From Bdellovibrionales bacterium (GTDB taxonomy: Bacteria; Bdellovibrionota; Bdellovibrionia; Bdellovibrionales; UBA1609): a stretch of DNA of 64,000 bases. The notes below the pieces were generated by a model. That model did not search any database. It worked only from the letters and a program-made list of their open reading frames with translations, and had not been told where the DNA came from. Made by a program: the position numbers and the translations under genes. Position 1 is the first letter of the stretch. Each line of letters begins with the position of its first letter. The stretch covers positions 19,664-83,663 of the forward strand of contig JAWLHR010000014.1 in assembly GCA_041690295.1 (NCBI GenBank), read 5' to 3'. Of this stretch, positions 26,077-37,893 are shown in pieces.

Positions 26077-28173
26077 TCAAGTGATCTCGATTGACGGTTC
26101 GGAACTTGAAAGAACCTCGCCGATCAGTCCCGCCGCCGGCATCCCCGCGGCACGCAACTCGGTAAGTAAGAGTTCCGCGTCACCCTTGTCGACGGCCAGC
26201 AGTAAAGGTCCATTGGTTTGTGGATCGTAAAAGACGTCCGAAGCCGGCTCAGTTTTCACAAAGTGACTGTAAGTCTTGCGGTTTTCCGAAGTCAGGTGAG
26301 CTTGAACTTGCATTCGGGTCAACCGTTCAAAATCCGGTAAAACTGGGATTGACGACGCCGTCAGTCTCACCAAAACATTTTCACCGGCCATCATTTCCGT
26401 CAGGTGCCCGATCAGTCCGAAGCCGGAAACATCGGTGGCCGCACGAACAGGCGCGGAACTATTTTTGACCCATGGAGCGTGGGGATTGTTCATCAGATGT
26501 TCGCGCAGAACCTTCCAGCTCTCCGGCGACAAACGTCCTTGCATATATCCTTGGAGCAAGGCACCCGTTCCCAAGGGCTTTGTGATCACAAGAACCTGTC
26601 CTGGGCGTAAAGGTCCTTTCCGTCGACTCCCCTCTGGCCCCAAAGCCGTGACGACGATTTGAATTTCCGCGGCTTCGGCGGTGTGGGCATTCAGAAGACG
26701 CGCACCGCTCGCTTCAAGAACACGGCGCACGCCACCCATCAATTGGCCCAAACAATCCACTCGCAAATGGGATGCGGCCGGAGAAAGACTGACATAAACC
26801 GTAGCCGCCGCGGGCGCGCTACCGGTTGCGTACAAATCATTAAACGCATGCCAAGTGGCCGCTTGACCAAAGAGGTAAAGATCCTTGGTGAAGGCTCGAA
26901 AACCATCCACGGTGACAGCCGTTTGATCGAGATAACCCACATCTTGCGGGCCCTTGAATCGGGAGTCCGATTGCAGATACTCCGAAATCACTCCCCAGCT
27001 CAGTTTGCCACCACACCCTCCACAGGTGTTCGCGGTCATCGCCATGGGAGAATAGGGAGTCTCACCGAATCTTTCCATGAATCGCCGATCGATGCGATCT
27101 TTCAGGCGCCAAACCCAGGCTCCTTCCCCAGCCACTTTTCCATAGGACAAAATGGCCCGCCGATCTCCCGAAAGCAAAAGGGCCAGTGTTTTTCGTTGCG
27201 GACGATAGCGAATAAGGTCCTTTCGGCCCACGGCTGTACGACGAATATTTTCCGTGAGAACCGGCCCCTCGCGAACCGCGTAAACTCCCGACTTCGGTAG
27301 CGGGCGAGAAGCGAACTCAATACAGTCTCCGGCGGCGAAAATCCGAGGCTGACCTTCACATCGAAGAGTATCATCGACTCGCAAAAAGCCATTCGATAAT
27401 TTCAATCCGGTCGACTGAAACCACTCCGGCGCCGCCGCACCCGTGGTGACTAGAAGATGGCCGAATTCCACCTGCTGAGAGGATTCAAGCCTCGCCACTT
27501 GGCCTTCCACACGGGTCACTCTGGAGTTCAGCTTCAATTCAATTCCCAATCGGGCCAGTGCGCCCATCGCCTTCGCCCGCGCCCGCTCGCCATGCCCCGG
27601 TAAAATCTGATCCCCGGCTTCCAAAATGATGATCTTTCGTCTCACGCCAGAGCTTCGCGCCGAAAGCGCGCAAGCCACCGCCAATTCAAATCCGGCGGCG
27701 CCAGCTCCCACGACTACCCACGGTTCGTCAGCTTCATTCTGGGCATTTAAATCGCGCCATTTTTCAAGTAAGCGGGAAATCGGTTTGACCGCGAAGACTC
27801 TGGGATTTCCCTCAGCCCCATCCGGCAGCACCGGCGTGATACCCACATTCAGCGAAAGAATGTCATAGGCCAGCGGAGGATGTTCGCGAAGACGCACCTG
27901 CCGTTTCGCCAAATCCACTCCAACCGCCGCGTCCTGAATAAAGCCGACACCGGATTGCGCCGCGAGATTCAGTAGGTTGAAGTGCATCTCCGAATCATCG
28001 TAGAGACCGGCGAGGCGCCCCGGAAGCATTCCTGAATAAGGTGTCTCCATGACGTTGGAGACAAGGATGACCTCGACTCCAGGAATCGGCTCCATCCGCC
28101 AACGTTTAAGAAATTGAACATGACTGTGCCCGCCGCCGATCAATAAAATCCTTGAGGAAACCGGAGACATCAT
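26077..28173 (-). CDS. selD: Pyridine nucleotide-disulfide oxidoreductase fused to selenide, water dikinase
   Basis: N-terminal LIGGGHSH, YSGMLPG, FAAGDC, PKSGVYAVR; C-terminal CGGCGGK, TVDGF, NDLYATG, TKPLGTG, TDVSGFGL, DPQT. Start placed at MMSPV. Confidence 0.9.
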   Translation of the reverse strand: MMSPVSSRILLIGGGHSHVQFLKRWRMEPIPGVEVILVSNVMETPYSGMLPGRLAGLYDDSEMHFNLLNLAAQSGVGFIQDAAVGVDLAKRQVRLREHPPLAYDILSLNVGITPVLPDGAEGNPRVFAVKPISRLLEKWRDLNAQNEADEPWVVVGAGAAGFELAVACALSARSSGVRRKIIILEAGDQILPGHGERARAKAMGALARLGIELKLNSRVTRVEGQVARLESSQQVEFGHLLVTTGAAAPEWFQSTGLKLSNGFLRVDDTLRCEGQPRIFAAGDCIEFASRPLPKSGVYAVREGPVLTENIRRTAVGRKDLIRYRPQRKTLALLLSGDRRAILSYGKVAGEGAWVWRLKDRIDRRFMERFGETPYSPMAMTANTCGGCGGKLSWGVISEYLQSDSRFKGPQDVGYLDQTAVTVDGFRAFTKDLYLFGQAATWHAFNDLYATGSAPAAATVYVSLSPAASHLRVDCLGQLMGGVRRVLEASGARLLNAHTAEAAEIQIVVTALGPEGSRRKGPLRPGQVLVITKPLGTGALLQGYMQGRLSPESWKVLREHLMNNPHAPWVKNSSAPVRAATDVSGFGLIGHLTEMMAGENVLVRLTASSIPVLPDFERLTRMQVQAHLTSENRKTYSHFVKTEPASDVFYDPQTNGPLLLAVDKGDAELLLTELRAAGMPAAGLIGEVLSSSEPSIEIT

Positions 28174-29236
28174 TCCAGTTCCCTTGAAAACGGATTTGCC
28201 GCGCATCCCGCTTGAGGCTGAATTCATAGGCCGGATCGTAGTACCGACGGAGCAAACATTCAATCCAAGTTCCGTGGCGTTCGGTGCCTTCGAACGCCCG
28301 ATGAATCAAAGCGCGAAGTTCCGCGGCGAGAGCCCCGCCCAAGGCCTTTTCAATTTTGCCGATCGAACCGACGAGAGAATCCCGCACCGCTTCCGGTTTG
28401 AATCGGCTCAAAGGTTCTTTAACGTACTCGTTGAAAATTCTTTGCACGCGTTCTTCCATCGGCGCCTCAAGGACGACCAGATCCGCCTGGCGCATGAAGC
28501 GGCGGAGAACAAGGGGAACTGAGCAGGTTCCGATGAGTCCACTTTCGCCCTCGACGATCATTGCACCAGGATTGGCGAAAAGATGAAGCCCGATGGAGTT
28601 TTCAAAGGACTGCTGTGGCGGCTGGGGCTCCCCCATGTAGCCGCCAAAGGCACTGCCTCGATGACGCGCGAACCACTCCAAATCCAAAACCGCGCGAGCC
28701 TCGAGTTCACGCAAGAGATCGGTTTTTCCACAACCGGTCATCCCTCCTAGCACCAGCCATTCGCGGGAACGCTCCAACTCGCCAAGCAAAACATGGCGCA
28801 TGGCTTTGTATCCACCATCCACGCGGTATCCGTTACGAAAACCGGACTCACTTAACCATTCCGTGGCGATGCGGGAGCGGAGCCCACCACGCCAGCAGGT
28901 CAGCAAAGCCTCATCGTGATCACCAATGACACTAGACCAGTCCCGCACCAAATTCGCGCGCAGTGGATCCACCAATTTATGGCCCAGCTCGACGGCGGCG
29001 TTATGGCCCTCCTGTTTGTACGTGAGCCCAACAAGGTGCCTATGTTCATTGTTAAGGATCGGGATGTTCTTGAAACCCGGAACAGAGCCGCGACAAAATT
29101 CCAACTGACTCCGAACGTCGATGGCCGGAGTTCCCGACTTTAATCGTTTTAATGCTTCATCCGCACTGATCAGTGGCCAGCTCAATTTTTCACCACTAAA
29201 TTCTCTTGCCCAGCTTAAACACTGCGAATAGACCAC
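28106..29236 (-). CDS. mnmH: tRNA 2-selenouridine(34) synthase (start uncertain)
   Basis: Rhodanese IDVRS and CWRGGLRS; P-loop GMTGCGKT; HRGSAFG; YYDPAY. Confidence 0.92.
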   Translation of the reverse strand: MVYSQCLSWAREFSGEKLSWPLISADEALKRLKSGTPAIDVRSQLEFCRGSVPGFKNIPILNNEHRHLVGLTYKQEGHNAAVELGHKLVDPLRANLVRDWSSVIGDHDEALLTCWRGGLRSRIATEWLSESGFRNGYRVDGGYKAMRHVLLGELERSREWLVLGGMTGCGKTDLLRELEARAVLDLEWFARHRGSAFGGYMGEPQPPQQSFENSIGLHLFANPGAMIVEGESGLIGTCSVPLVLRRFMRQADLVVLEAPMEERVQRIFNEYVKEPLSRFKPEAVRDSLVGSIGKIEKALGGALAAELRALIHRAFEGTERHGTWIECLLRRYYDPAYEFSLKRDARQIRFQGNWNDVSGFLKDFIDRRRAQSCSIS

Positions 29237-29241
29237 AATAT

Positions 29242-30132
29242 ATGTTGCGATTTCAATGGGTAATCCTCATAGCCGTATTTTTCGCCGGCTGTACTTCGAT
29301 CAAAAAAATAAACGAAAAGCCGCCACAAAACGCCACGCCTCAGGAATTTGAAGTCCTTACCACCCATCCGATGATCCAAGCGGCCGCGAAGGGGGATCTG
29401 GAGAAATTGAAGTCCATGATCAAGGACGGTTTTTCGGTCAATGTGGCCAGCGATTTGGGAATCACTCCATTGATGGCCGCCGCCCGAAAAAACCATGTCA
29501 ATGCGGTTCAGCTCCTCATTGAGGCCGGCGCTGACGTTAACGCCAAAGACAGCCAGGGTTCCACCGCCCTTCACTTCGCGGCTTTGGGCAGCTCGCCCGG
29601 TTCAGTGCAAAAGATCGCCAAGAAAGGCGCGGAGCTGGAAACCAAGGATGCATTCGATTTGACACCCCTCATGATGGCGGTTCGCTTCGCCAGCTTCGAA
29701 ACGATCAAAGCACTGATCAAAGCGGGCGCTTCGATTTATACCGCGGATCCGAATGGCTGGACCGCGATTCACTTCGCGATCCCCCGCGCGGACGCCGTCA
29801 TTTTCGATTATCTTTTGGATCAAAACCCGACTCTGGACCAATACGATCGCGACGGCGACACTCTGGCCATCATCGCTTTGAATTACAATCAAATCAGTTT
29901 CGTTAAACGTCTGATTGAAAGTGGGGCGCCGATCGCCCAGGCCGATCGGGAAGGAAACACCCTGCTTCATCATGCCGTCATCATGCGCGAACGAGAGCTG
30001 GTGAAATGGCTCGTGGATCGTAAATTTCCCACGGATGTGCAAAACCGGGTGGGACAAACACCTCTGACCTTGGCGCAAATGACGAATGATAAAGAAATCG
30101 TAAGTTATCTTCAAAAAGGTCAGAAACAATGA
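29242..30132 (+). CDS. Ankyrin repeat lipoprotein
   Basis: Lipobox FFAGC; repeated G-x-T-P/A-L-x-x-A units (GITPLMAAA, GSTALHFAA, DLTPLMMAV, GWTAIHFAI, GNTLLHHAV, GQTPLTLA). Confidence 0.9.
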   Translation: MLRFQWVILIAVFFAGCTSIKKINEKPPQNATPQEFEVLTTHPMIQAAAKGDLEKLKSMIKDGFSVNVASDLGITPLMAAARKNHVNAVQLLIEAGADVNAKDSQGSTALHFAALGSSPGSVQKIAKKGAELETKDAFDLTPLMMAVRFASFETIKALIKAGASIYTADPNGWTAIHFAIPRADAVIFDYLLDQNPTLDQYDRDGDTLAIIALNYNQISFVKRLIESGAPIAQADREGNTLLHHAVIMRERELVKWLVDRKFPTDVQNRVGQTPLTLAQMTNDKEIVSYLQKGQKQ

Positions 30133-30431
30133 TCGGTCTGAGAGTTTCTCCGTTTCTTCTTCTCATCAGTTGGTTAATGCTTGGCTGCATGTCGACGACC
30201 GTGGTCTTCGATGAGAAATGGCAAAGCTCCAGCAAACCGACTTACACGGACTATTACGATCAGTACTTCATTGGTTTTTCCGGCGTCAGCGTTGTCCATT
30301 TGGAGAAGGTTTGCATGGATCAAAAAATTCATGCCGCGCAAAAAATTAAAACCTCGGAAGACATGATCCTGACCGGACTGACACTGGGAATTTATTCCCC
30401 CGTCACTGTGAATGTTTGGTGTGGAGATTAA
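30129..30431 (+). CDS. Bor/Iss-like lipoprotein
   Basis: Lipobox MLGC; YFIGF; internal Cys; LTLGIYSP..V.VWC. Confidence 0.75.
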   Translation: MIGLRVSPFLLLISWLMLGCMSTTVVFDEKWQSSSKPTYTDYYDQYFIGFSGVSVVHLEKVCMDQKIHAAQKIKTSEDMILTGLTLGIYSPVTVNVWCGD

Positions 30432-30432
30432 G

Positions 30433-30735
30433 ATGCCGGCTCGGACTATTGTTTTTTTATTTTTATTGTTGTGCTCCTGCACTCATGTGACCATGCAACG
30501 CGGGGAAGGTCCCAAGGTCGAACCCAGTCAGGAGCACAGAATTCATTCTTTCTTGTTCGCGCTGATCCGTCAGCCCGCAAGCGCCCTGCCCACACAAACC
30601 ACATTGTGTCCGGGCTCTCGGATTGAAACGGTTGAGTTCCACATGACTCCGACGGACGTCCTGATTGCAACCGCCACACTTGGACTTTACGTCCCCCAAC
30701 ATATGTCGGTCGCCTGCGCACCTGTGTCAAATTAA
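30433..30735 (+). CDS. Bor/Iss-like lipoprotein
   Basis: Lipobox LCSC; HSFLFAL; CPG; ATLGLYVP...VAC. Confidence 0.75.
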   Translation: MPARTIVFLFLLLCSCTHVTMQRGEGPKVEPSQEHRIHSFLFALIRQPASALPTQTTLCPGSRIETVEFHMTPTDVLIATATLGLYVPQHMSVACAPVSN

Positions 30736-30799
30736 CTCGACGCCCTTTTGATCCGCCCGACTTATTCCGATGCGAATGACATCGGATAAGGAACGTTGC

Positions 30800-31219
30800 A
30801 TGAGCTCCACACTGAAATTAAATCCGGGTGAGTTCTTGATCAAAGAAAAGACTCCCTGTGAAGCCTTATACATCATCAAAGAAGGACAACTAGAAGTTTA
30901 CCGAACCGCCTCCAGCGGAGAGAAGGTGACCATCGGCATGATTTCTTCCGGCGAATATGTGGGCGAAACCGCCCTGTTCAAAGGTGGAATGAACGGTTCG
31001 AACGTCGTGGCTCTGACTCCAGTCACCTACATCAAGCTTCCGCGCGCCTCGATTGAAGCGCAGCTGAAAACCGCACCACCATGGCTTGTGGCGCTGACCC
31101 GCGGATTGATCGATCGCCTTCACGCTTGTAACGAGATCATGCGCCGAAACGGCTTGGTCGACGATAAGCTCGTCACCCGGATCCGGGCCGTGGAAGAGAA
31201 ATTCAAGAAGGCCGAATAG
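30800..31219 (+). CDS. Stand-alone cyclic nucleotide-binding domain protein
   Basis: LYIIKEGQLEV and GEYVGETAL; no HTH. Confidence 0.85.
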   Translation: MSSTLKLNPGEFLIKEKTPCEALYIIKEGQLEVYRTASSGEKVTIGMISSGEYVGETALFKGGMNGSNVVALTPVTYIKLPRASIEAQLKTAPPWLVALTRGLIDRLHACNEIMRRNGLVDDKLVTRIRAVEEKFKKAE

Positions 31220-31269
31220 GCCTTTAGTCCGGATCTAAAAATTCAAGACAAAAAAGCCGAGAAGATTTC

Positions 31270-31863
31270 ATGGGAGAAAGTGTCCGCCGATATGTGCCGC
31301 GCGCGCCCCGCTATGTTTTGCGACAGCAAGATCGCAATCTCATGCGTTTCTGTTTGGCCCAGCTTAAAGGACCGGCGCATATCGAACAAACAACCTTGAT
31401 CAATCTCTCCGAATCCGGTGCCGCGTTCATCACCGATCTCAGTTGCGATCTTAAAATCGGCGACACCGTGAAGGTCGAAATCCCCATTCCCGGCGGAGAT
31501 CAAATCGCCTGGTACGCCCGGGTCGTTCGCATTCAGGAATATGATGACAGTCCATGGTACTCGCCACGCACGGGTGAAAAGAAAATCGATAAACTCTTAG
31601 TGGCGTTGAAGTTCGATCAAATGCCCGAAGGACACACGCGGGCCATTCGTAAAGGCATTGAGCAAAGCTTTCTCCAGGCCCTGCAGGATCAGCAACTTCG
31701 AAGAATTCTTTATTATAAAGCGTGGATCATTCAACACGTGATTCCGATCATTTTTTACGGCCTGCTGGCCATGGCCGCGGTTGGATTTATCTACATGATG
31801 ACCCGCCCTTCGGAAAACTACGATGAAAAACGGGGCGCGCCCTGGGGTCAGCGTTTCAAGTGA
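31270..31863 (+). CDS. PilZ domain protein with a C-terminal TM helix
   Basis: RRYVPRAPR (RxxxR-like), NLSESG (D/NxSxxG), ARVVR; hydrophobic C-terminal segment. Confidence 0.8.
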   Translation: MGESVRRYVPRAPRYVLRQQDRNLMRFCLAQLKGPAHIEQTTLINLSESGAAFITDLSCDLKIGDTVKVEIPIPGGDQIAWYARVVRIQEYDDSPWYSPRTGEKKIDKLLVALKFDQMPEGHTRAIRKGIEQSFLQALQDQQLRRILYYKAWIIQHVIPIIFYGLLAMAAVGFIYMMTRPSENYDEKRGAPWGQRFK

Positions 31864-32545
31864 ACGCGTTCGCCGGAAAAATCATCTCCCGCGCGCTCGC
31901 ACGGCTTTCTTCCAAACGTCTTAAAAAATCCCGGCGCGGGATGTAGCGACCACCGAATGTGCTTAATAGCGGCGTGACCATTTGAATATCCATCCAGTCC
32001 TGACCGTTCGCCGCCAGAAACTCCACCAGTTTGACCAGCGCGCACTTGGACGCATTGGTTCTGCGATGAAACATGCTTTCACCGCAAAACACGCCCGCCA
32101 CGTAGACCCCGTAAAGTCCACCGACCAATTCCGACCCTTCCCAAACTTCAAGGCTATGAGCGTAACCGGCGCGATGAAAATCACGATAGGCGCGGATCAA
32201 TTTGTTGGTGATCCAAGTGCCATTTTGACCCGGCCGGGGTTGGAGCGCGCAGGCCTCGAGAACTTCCGTGAACCTTTTATTAAATGTGTATTTGAAGGGC
32301 GTTCGCTTCATGAACTTCTGGAGACTGCGGGGAATGTGGAAATCCGAAAAATCCAAAATCCCCCGATCCACCGGCGAATACCAGACCGTGGGTAGTTCCG
32401 GATGGGGCCATGGGAAAATTCCAAAACTGTAAGCTTCTAAAAGTCGCTCGACACGAAGGTCATCACTGAGGTCCAAAATGCCTTCATCCAAAGCCAATTC
32501 CGGATGAGGGAAGGACTTTAAGTGCTTGGCATAAAGCGGTTTCAT
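31856..32545 (-). CDS. aat: Leucyl/phenylalanyl-tRNA--protein transferase
   Basis: AYSFGIFPW, GTWIT, AHSLEVW, FCGESMF, NASK. Confidence 0.95.
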   Translation of the reverse strand: MKPLYAKHLKSFPHPELALDEGILDLSDDLRVERLLEAYSFGIFPWPHPELPTVWYSPVDRGILDFSDFHIPRSLQKFMKRTPFKYTFNKRFTEVLEACALQPRPGQNGTWITNKLIRAYRDFHRAGYAHSLEVWEGSELVGGLYGVYVAGVFCGESMFHRRTNASKCALVKLVEFLAANGQDWMDIQMVTPLLSTFGGRYIPRRDFLRRLEESRASAREMIFPANAFT

Positions 32546-34035
32546 TTCGCTGTCTCTCCGCCGAGGCAGTGATCACAAAATCCACAATCCGTATCAACGG
32601 GCCTGCCGAAATACCGATATATCCCCCGCTTGCGGCATTCATCGGCGCGAAACCATTGCACCAGATGAAGCAGTTTTTCCTGCAAACCGCGCCGACGCCG
32701 GTTCCATTGTTCCGCGTTCAAATCTTCAGGTTCAAGTTCGCGCAAAAACTCCAATTTATCGAGGCGGCGATGGGACCAATGAATGACTTCCAATCGGTCC
32801 AACTGGTTCAAAGCGGTCTCAAGGCGAAGGTCACTCTTATTTTTAAAACTCAATTGCGCGCGAAGGTCGTCGAGGGTCAGTGATTTCAAACGGTCCTGCC
32901 AGCGAACCAGCAGGTCATACACCGAGCGGGTGTAATCCGGCTCCGGAGTGAGAGAGTCGATAAATCGCATTTGGGTTTCGATGTCATCTTGCGAATACAA
33001 AAGCAGGCAATCAGCCCTTTGAGCGTCGCGGCCGGCCCGTCCCACTTCTTGATAGTAGGCTTCGATCGAGCCCGGCACTTCAAAGTGAAGAATGCCCCGA
33101 ATATCAGGCTTATCCACGCCAAGGCCGAATGCAGGTGTGGCAAGGAGCAGATTCACTTTCCCCGCCACAAAATCTTTTTGTACCCGGTGACGAGCGGAAC
33201 TTTCCATTTCGCCATGATAGATGGCCAAAGGCTCTTTTAGGCGGGCCGCCACCTTCTCAAGCGTCGAAATCAAGGTGAAATAAATGATCTTGGCGCCGGA
33301 AACACCGTGAATCCACTCGGAAAGACGCTTTATCTTTTCATCGAGCCCATCCACTTCCTCGGCCGCTAAATACAGGTTGGGCCGCTCAACTCCTTCCCAA
33401 AGTTTCACCGCATCGGGAATGTCGAGCTGGGTAAGGATATCTTTTTGAACTTGAACCGTGGCCGTCGCCGTAAGGGCCATTGTCTGCGGCCGTCCCAGCG
33501 CTTCACGGACCTCACGCAAGCGGGAGTAGTCGGGCCGGAAATCATGCCCCCATTGCGAAATGCAATGGGCTTCATCAACGGCCAGCAGGGATACCTTGAG
33601 CCCTTTCATCACCTCACAAAACGCGGGCTGCCGAAACCGTTCGGGGGTGACATATAACAATTTGACTTGACCCTCGCGCACCTTCTTCAGCCTGACTTCT
33701 TTTTCATCACGGCTCAGGGCGGAATGGATGCAGGTCGCGGGCCAGCCGAATGCCCGGGCCTTGGCCACTTGGTCTTCCATGAGGGCGATGAGCGGCGAAA
33801 CCACCACCGTTAAGCCGGGTTGAACCAAAGCCGGCAATTGATAGCACAAGGATTTGCCTGAACCCGTCGGCCAAACGAGCAGAAGATCCCGCCCCCGGGC
33901 CCACTCGTTGAGGGCCAGGGCCTGATGGGGCCTGAAGGGAAACAATCCCGCCTTGCGGGCGGCGGCTTCAAGAGGAGCTAAATCGCGCATAAGACCCTTA
34001 AATCCAAAGGCTTTTTCCAGCATCGTATTCTCCAC
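32542..34035 (-). CDS. recQ: RecQ family ATP-dependent DNA helicase (short form)
   Basis: PTGSGKSLCYQLP, VDEAHCISQWGHDFRPDY, QEVGRAGRD, C-terminal Zn Cys cluster. Confidence 0.92.
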   Translation of the reverse strand: MENTMLEKAFGFKGLMRDLAPLEAAARKAGLFPFRPHQALALNEWARGRDLLLVWPTGSGKSLCYQLPALVQPGLTVVVSPLIALMEDQVAKARAFGWPATCIHSALSRDEKEVRLKKVREGQVKLLYVTPERFRQPAFCEVMKGLKVSLLAVDEAHCISQWGHDFRPDYSRLREVREALGRPQTMALTATATVQVQKDILTQLDIPDAVKLWEGVERPNLYLAAEEVDGLDEKIKRLSEWIHGVSGAKIIYFTLISTLEKVAARLKEPLAIYHGEMESSARHRVQKDFVAGKVNLLLATPAFGLGVDKPDIRGILHFEVPGSIEAYYQEVGRAGRDAQRADCLLLYSQDDIETQMRFIDSLTPEPDYTRSVYDLLVRWQDRLKSLTLDDLRAQLSFKNKSDLRLETALNQLDRLEVIHWSHRRLDKLEFLRELEPEDLNAEQWNRRRRGLQEKLLHLVQWFRADECRKRGIYRYFGRPVDTDCGFCDHCLGGETAK

Positions 34036-34105
34036 AATGCCTTTGCACTTTGTCAGATCTCATGTTAACCCAAATTCCTCAAATTCATAAATCAAAGGGA
34101 ACTCC

Positions 34106-36207
<2,102 letters not shown>

Positions 36208-36211
<4 letters not shown>

Positions 36212-36771
36212 TCCTGTCGGACAAAACTCTCAAGGAATTGATCGCATCCGGCGAATTGGGAGTTTCGCCTCTTTGTGAGGAGTCCATCCAGCCGGCGTCC
36301 ATCGATTTACGGCTGGGCTCTGACTTCTTGGTGGTCGAAGACCGCCAGATGCAGGCGATCGATCTCAACTCCGAAATTATGTATCGAAGGCTCGAGGGGC
36401 CGGTGATCACCATCCCGCCCCACTCCTTCCTGCTCGCCACCACCATGGAGGAGATCCGGCTTCCCGAAAACCTGACGGCCTTCGTGGAGGGCCGCAGTTC
36501 CATCGGTCGCATTGGGCTTTTCATTGAAAATGCGGGTTGGGTGGACCCAGGGTTCGAAGGACAAATCACTCTGGAGCTCTTCAACGCCAATTCTCTCCCG
36601 ATCCGGCTCGAAGCCGGTCGGAGAATCTGTCAGCTGGTCTTTTGTCGCATGGACCATGCCGCGCTGACCCCCTACCGCGGCAAATATCAGGGTCAAAAAA
36701 ATGCCACAGGGAGTCAAGTATTTAAAGACACTGAGGTATTTGGCCCTAGCGGAAAGGACTCGAAGCTTTAG
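36208..36771 (+). CDS. dcd: dCTP deaminase
   Basis: [35 protein letters not shown]. Confidence 0.95.
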
Positions 36772-36801
36772 GTGGAGATTCGTGCTATATTAGGGGGGTA
36801 G

Positions 36802-37350
36802 ATGAAGTTATTAGATTGGCTCCAAGACCAAACGTCCCCACAAGAAATTACCGAAGAACCTGAGCCCGAACCGGCACCTCTGCTTAAAAACAGACTCTCC
36901 GAGTTAGCGAAAGTTCCAGTGACGGATATTATGATACCCAGACCGCTCATCACGGCGCTCGACGCCGATGTGCAGTTAAAGCGGGTGCGTCGGCTCAAGT
37001 CCTCCAAAGTTTCCCATTTCCCGGTTTATAAAGGCGACCTCGACCGCATCCTGGGTTGGATCGAGAAGGAAAAGGTGCTCGAACTCCTGCTGGAAGGCCG
37101 GGAAGACCTGAATCTGGCGAACCACGTGCAGCCGGTCGCCACCGTCGATGAGTCCGCCAAAGTCAGCGATCTGGCCGATGTCTTTTTGAAAAGGCAAAGT
37201 CCGTTTGCCGTGGTCCAAAATGATCATCTGCAAACCGTGGGACTCGTGCCATTAACTGAATTTGTTGAGCTTCTATTCGGGGTGGACCTTCAGTCGACAG
37301 CTTCTCCCTCGACGGACACCGCGAACTCTTTAAAAGCCTATGAAGTCTGA
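36802..37350 (+). CDS. CBS domain protein
   Basis: VTDIMIPR and HFPVYKGDLDRILG (CorC/HlyC-type CBS pair). Confidence 0.8.
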   Translation: MKLLDWLQDQTSPQEITEEPEPEPAPLLKNRLSELAKVPVTDIMIPRPLITALDADVQLKRVRRLKSSKVSHFPVYKGDLDRILGWIEKEKVLELLLEGREDLNLANHVQPVATVDESAKVSDLADVFLKRQSPFAVVQNDHLQTVGLVPLTEFVELLFGVDLQSTASPSTDTANSLKAYEV

Positions 37351-37660
37351 GATTCTGTTCGCCTACTGCACCTTTCCCTCGGGTGAGGTGGCGGAATCAA
37401 TATCGCAACAACTGGTGGCGGAAGGGATTATCGCCTGCGCGAACGTCTTTCCTCCCCATAAGGCGATCTACTCCTGGAAAGGCGTCATGCAGTCCGAATC
37501 GGAGTGCGCGGCGATCTTCAAGCTCAACGCTAGGAAAGCCAAACTCCTAAAGGGAAAAATCCGGGATATACATCCCTACACGAACCCGGCGCTGGTTTTT
37601 TGGCGCATCGAAGACGGACTCGAGGATTTTTTGAAGTGGGTCTACGCGCAAAGCCTCTAG
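37340..37660 (+). CDS. cutA: Divalent cation tolerance protein CutA
   Basis: IACAN, IYSWKG, HPYTNP. Confidence 0.9.
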   Translation: MKSEILFAYCTFPSGEVAESISQQLVAEGIIACANVFPPHKAIYSWKGVMQSESECAAIFKLNARKAKLLKGKIRDIHPYTNPALVFWRIEDGLEDFLKWVYAQSL

Positions 37661-37743
37661 CTCGCATAAATTAAAGACCTCGTAAACAACGCCATCAAAA
37701 AGGTTAACAACAACAGAATTAGGTAAATCGTTCGCGCGTTCAT
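37657..37743 (-). CDS. Putative 28-aa single-TM small protein
   Basis: Not in the ORF track: MNARTIYLILLLLTFLMALFTRSLIYAS*; in-frame upstream ATGs at 37773 and 37794. Confidence 0.45.
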   Translation of the reverse strand: MNARTIYLILLLLTFLMALFTRSLIYAS

Positions 37744-37782
37744 CGTCCCCACAAGCGGGTTGAGCCCGCTCATTTTCAGTTC

Positions 37783-37798
37783 AGCAGGAAGCATGCCA
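37783..37798 (-). promoter_or_regulatory. Sigma54-type promoter
   Basis: Minus strand TGGCAT-GCTTC-CTGCT with GG-N10-GC spacing. Confidence 0.55.
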
Positions 37799-37893
37799 TG
37801 AAAAATGTCCAAGATTCGCTACTATTTGACTTTAGGCAGGTCAAAAGTACACCTATCTAGCATGGTCGAGTGCCAAACTGACTCTTACAAGGA

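Noticed and set aside
26077..28173. Selenocysteine recoding in SelD or the nearby redox genes
   Set aside because: Active sites use Cys codons, and no in-frame TGA was seen in selD, ahpC, ahpD, dsbD or the redoxin.
30129..30735. Prophage remnant suggested by Bor-like genes
   Set aside because: No lysis, structural or integrase genes nearby.
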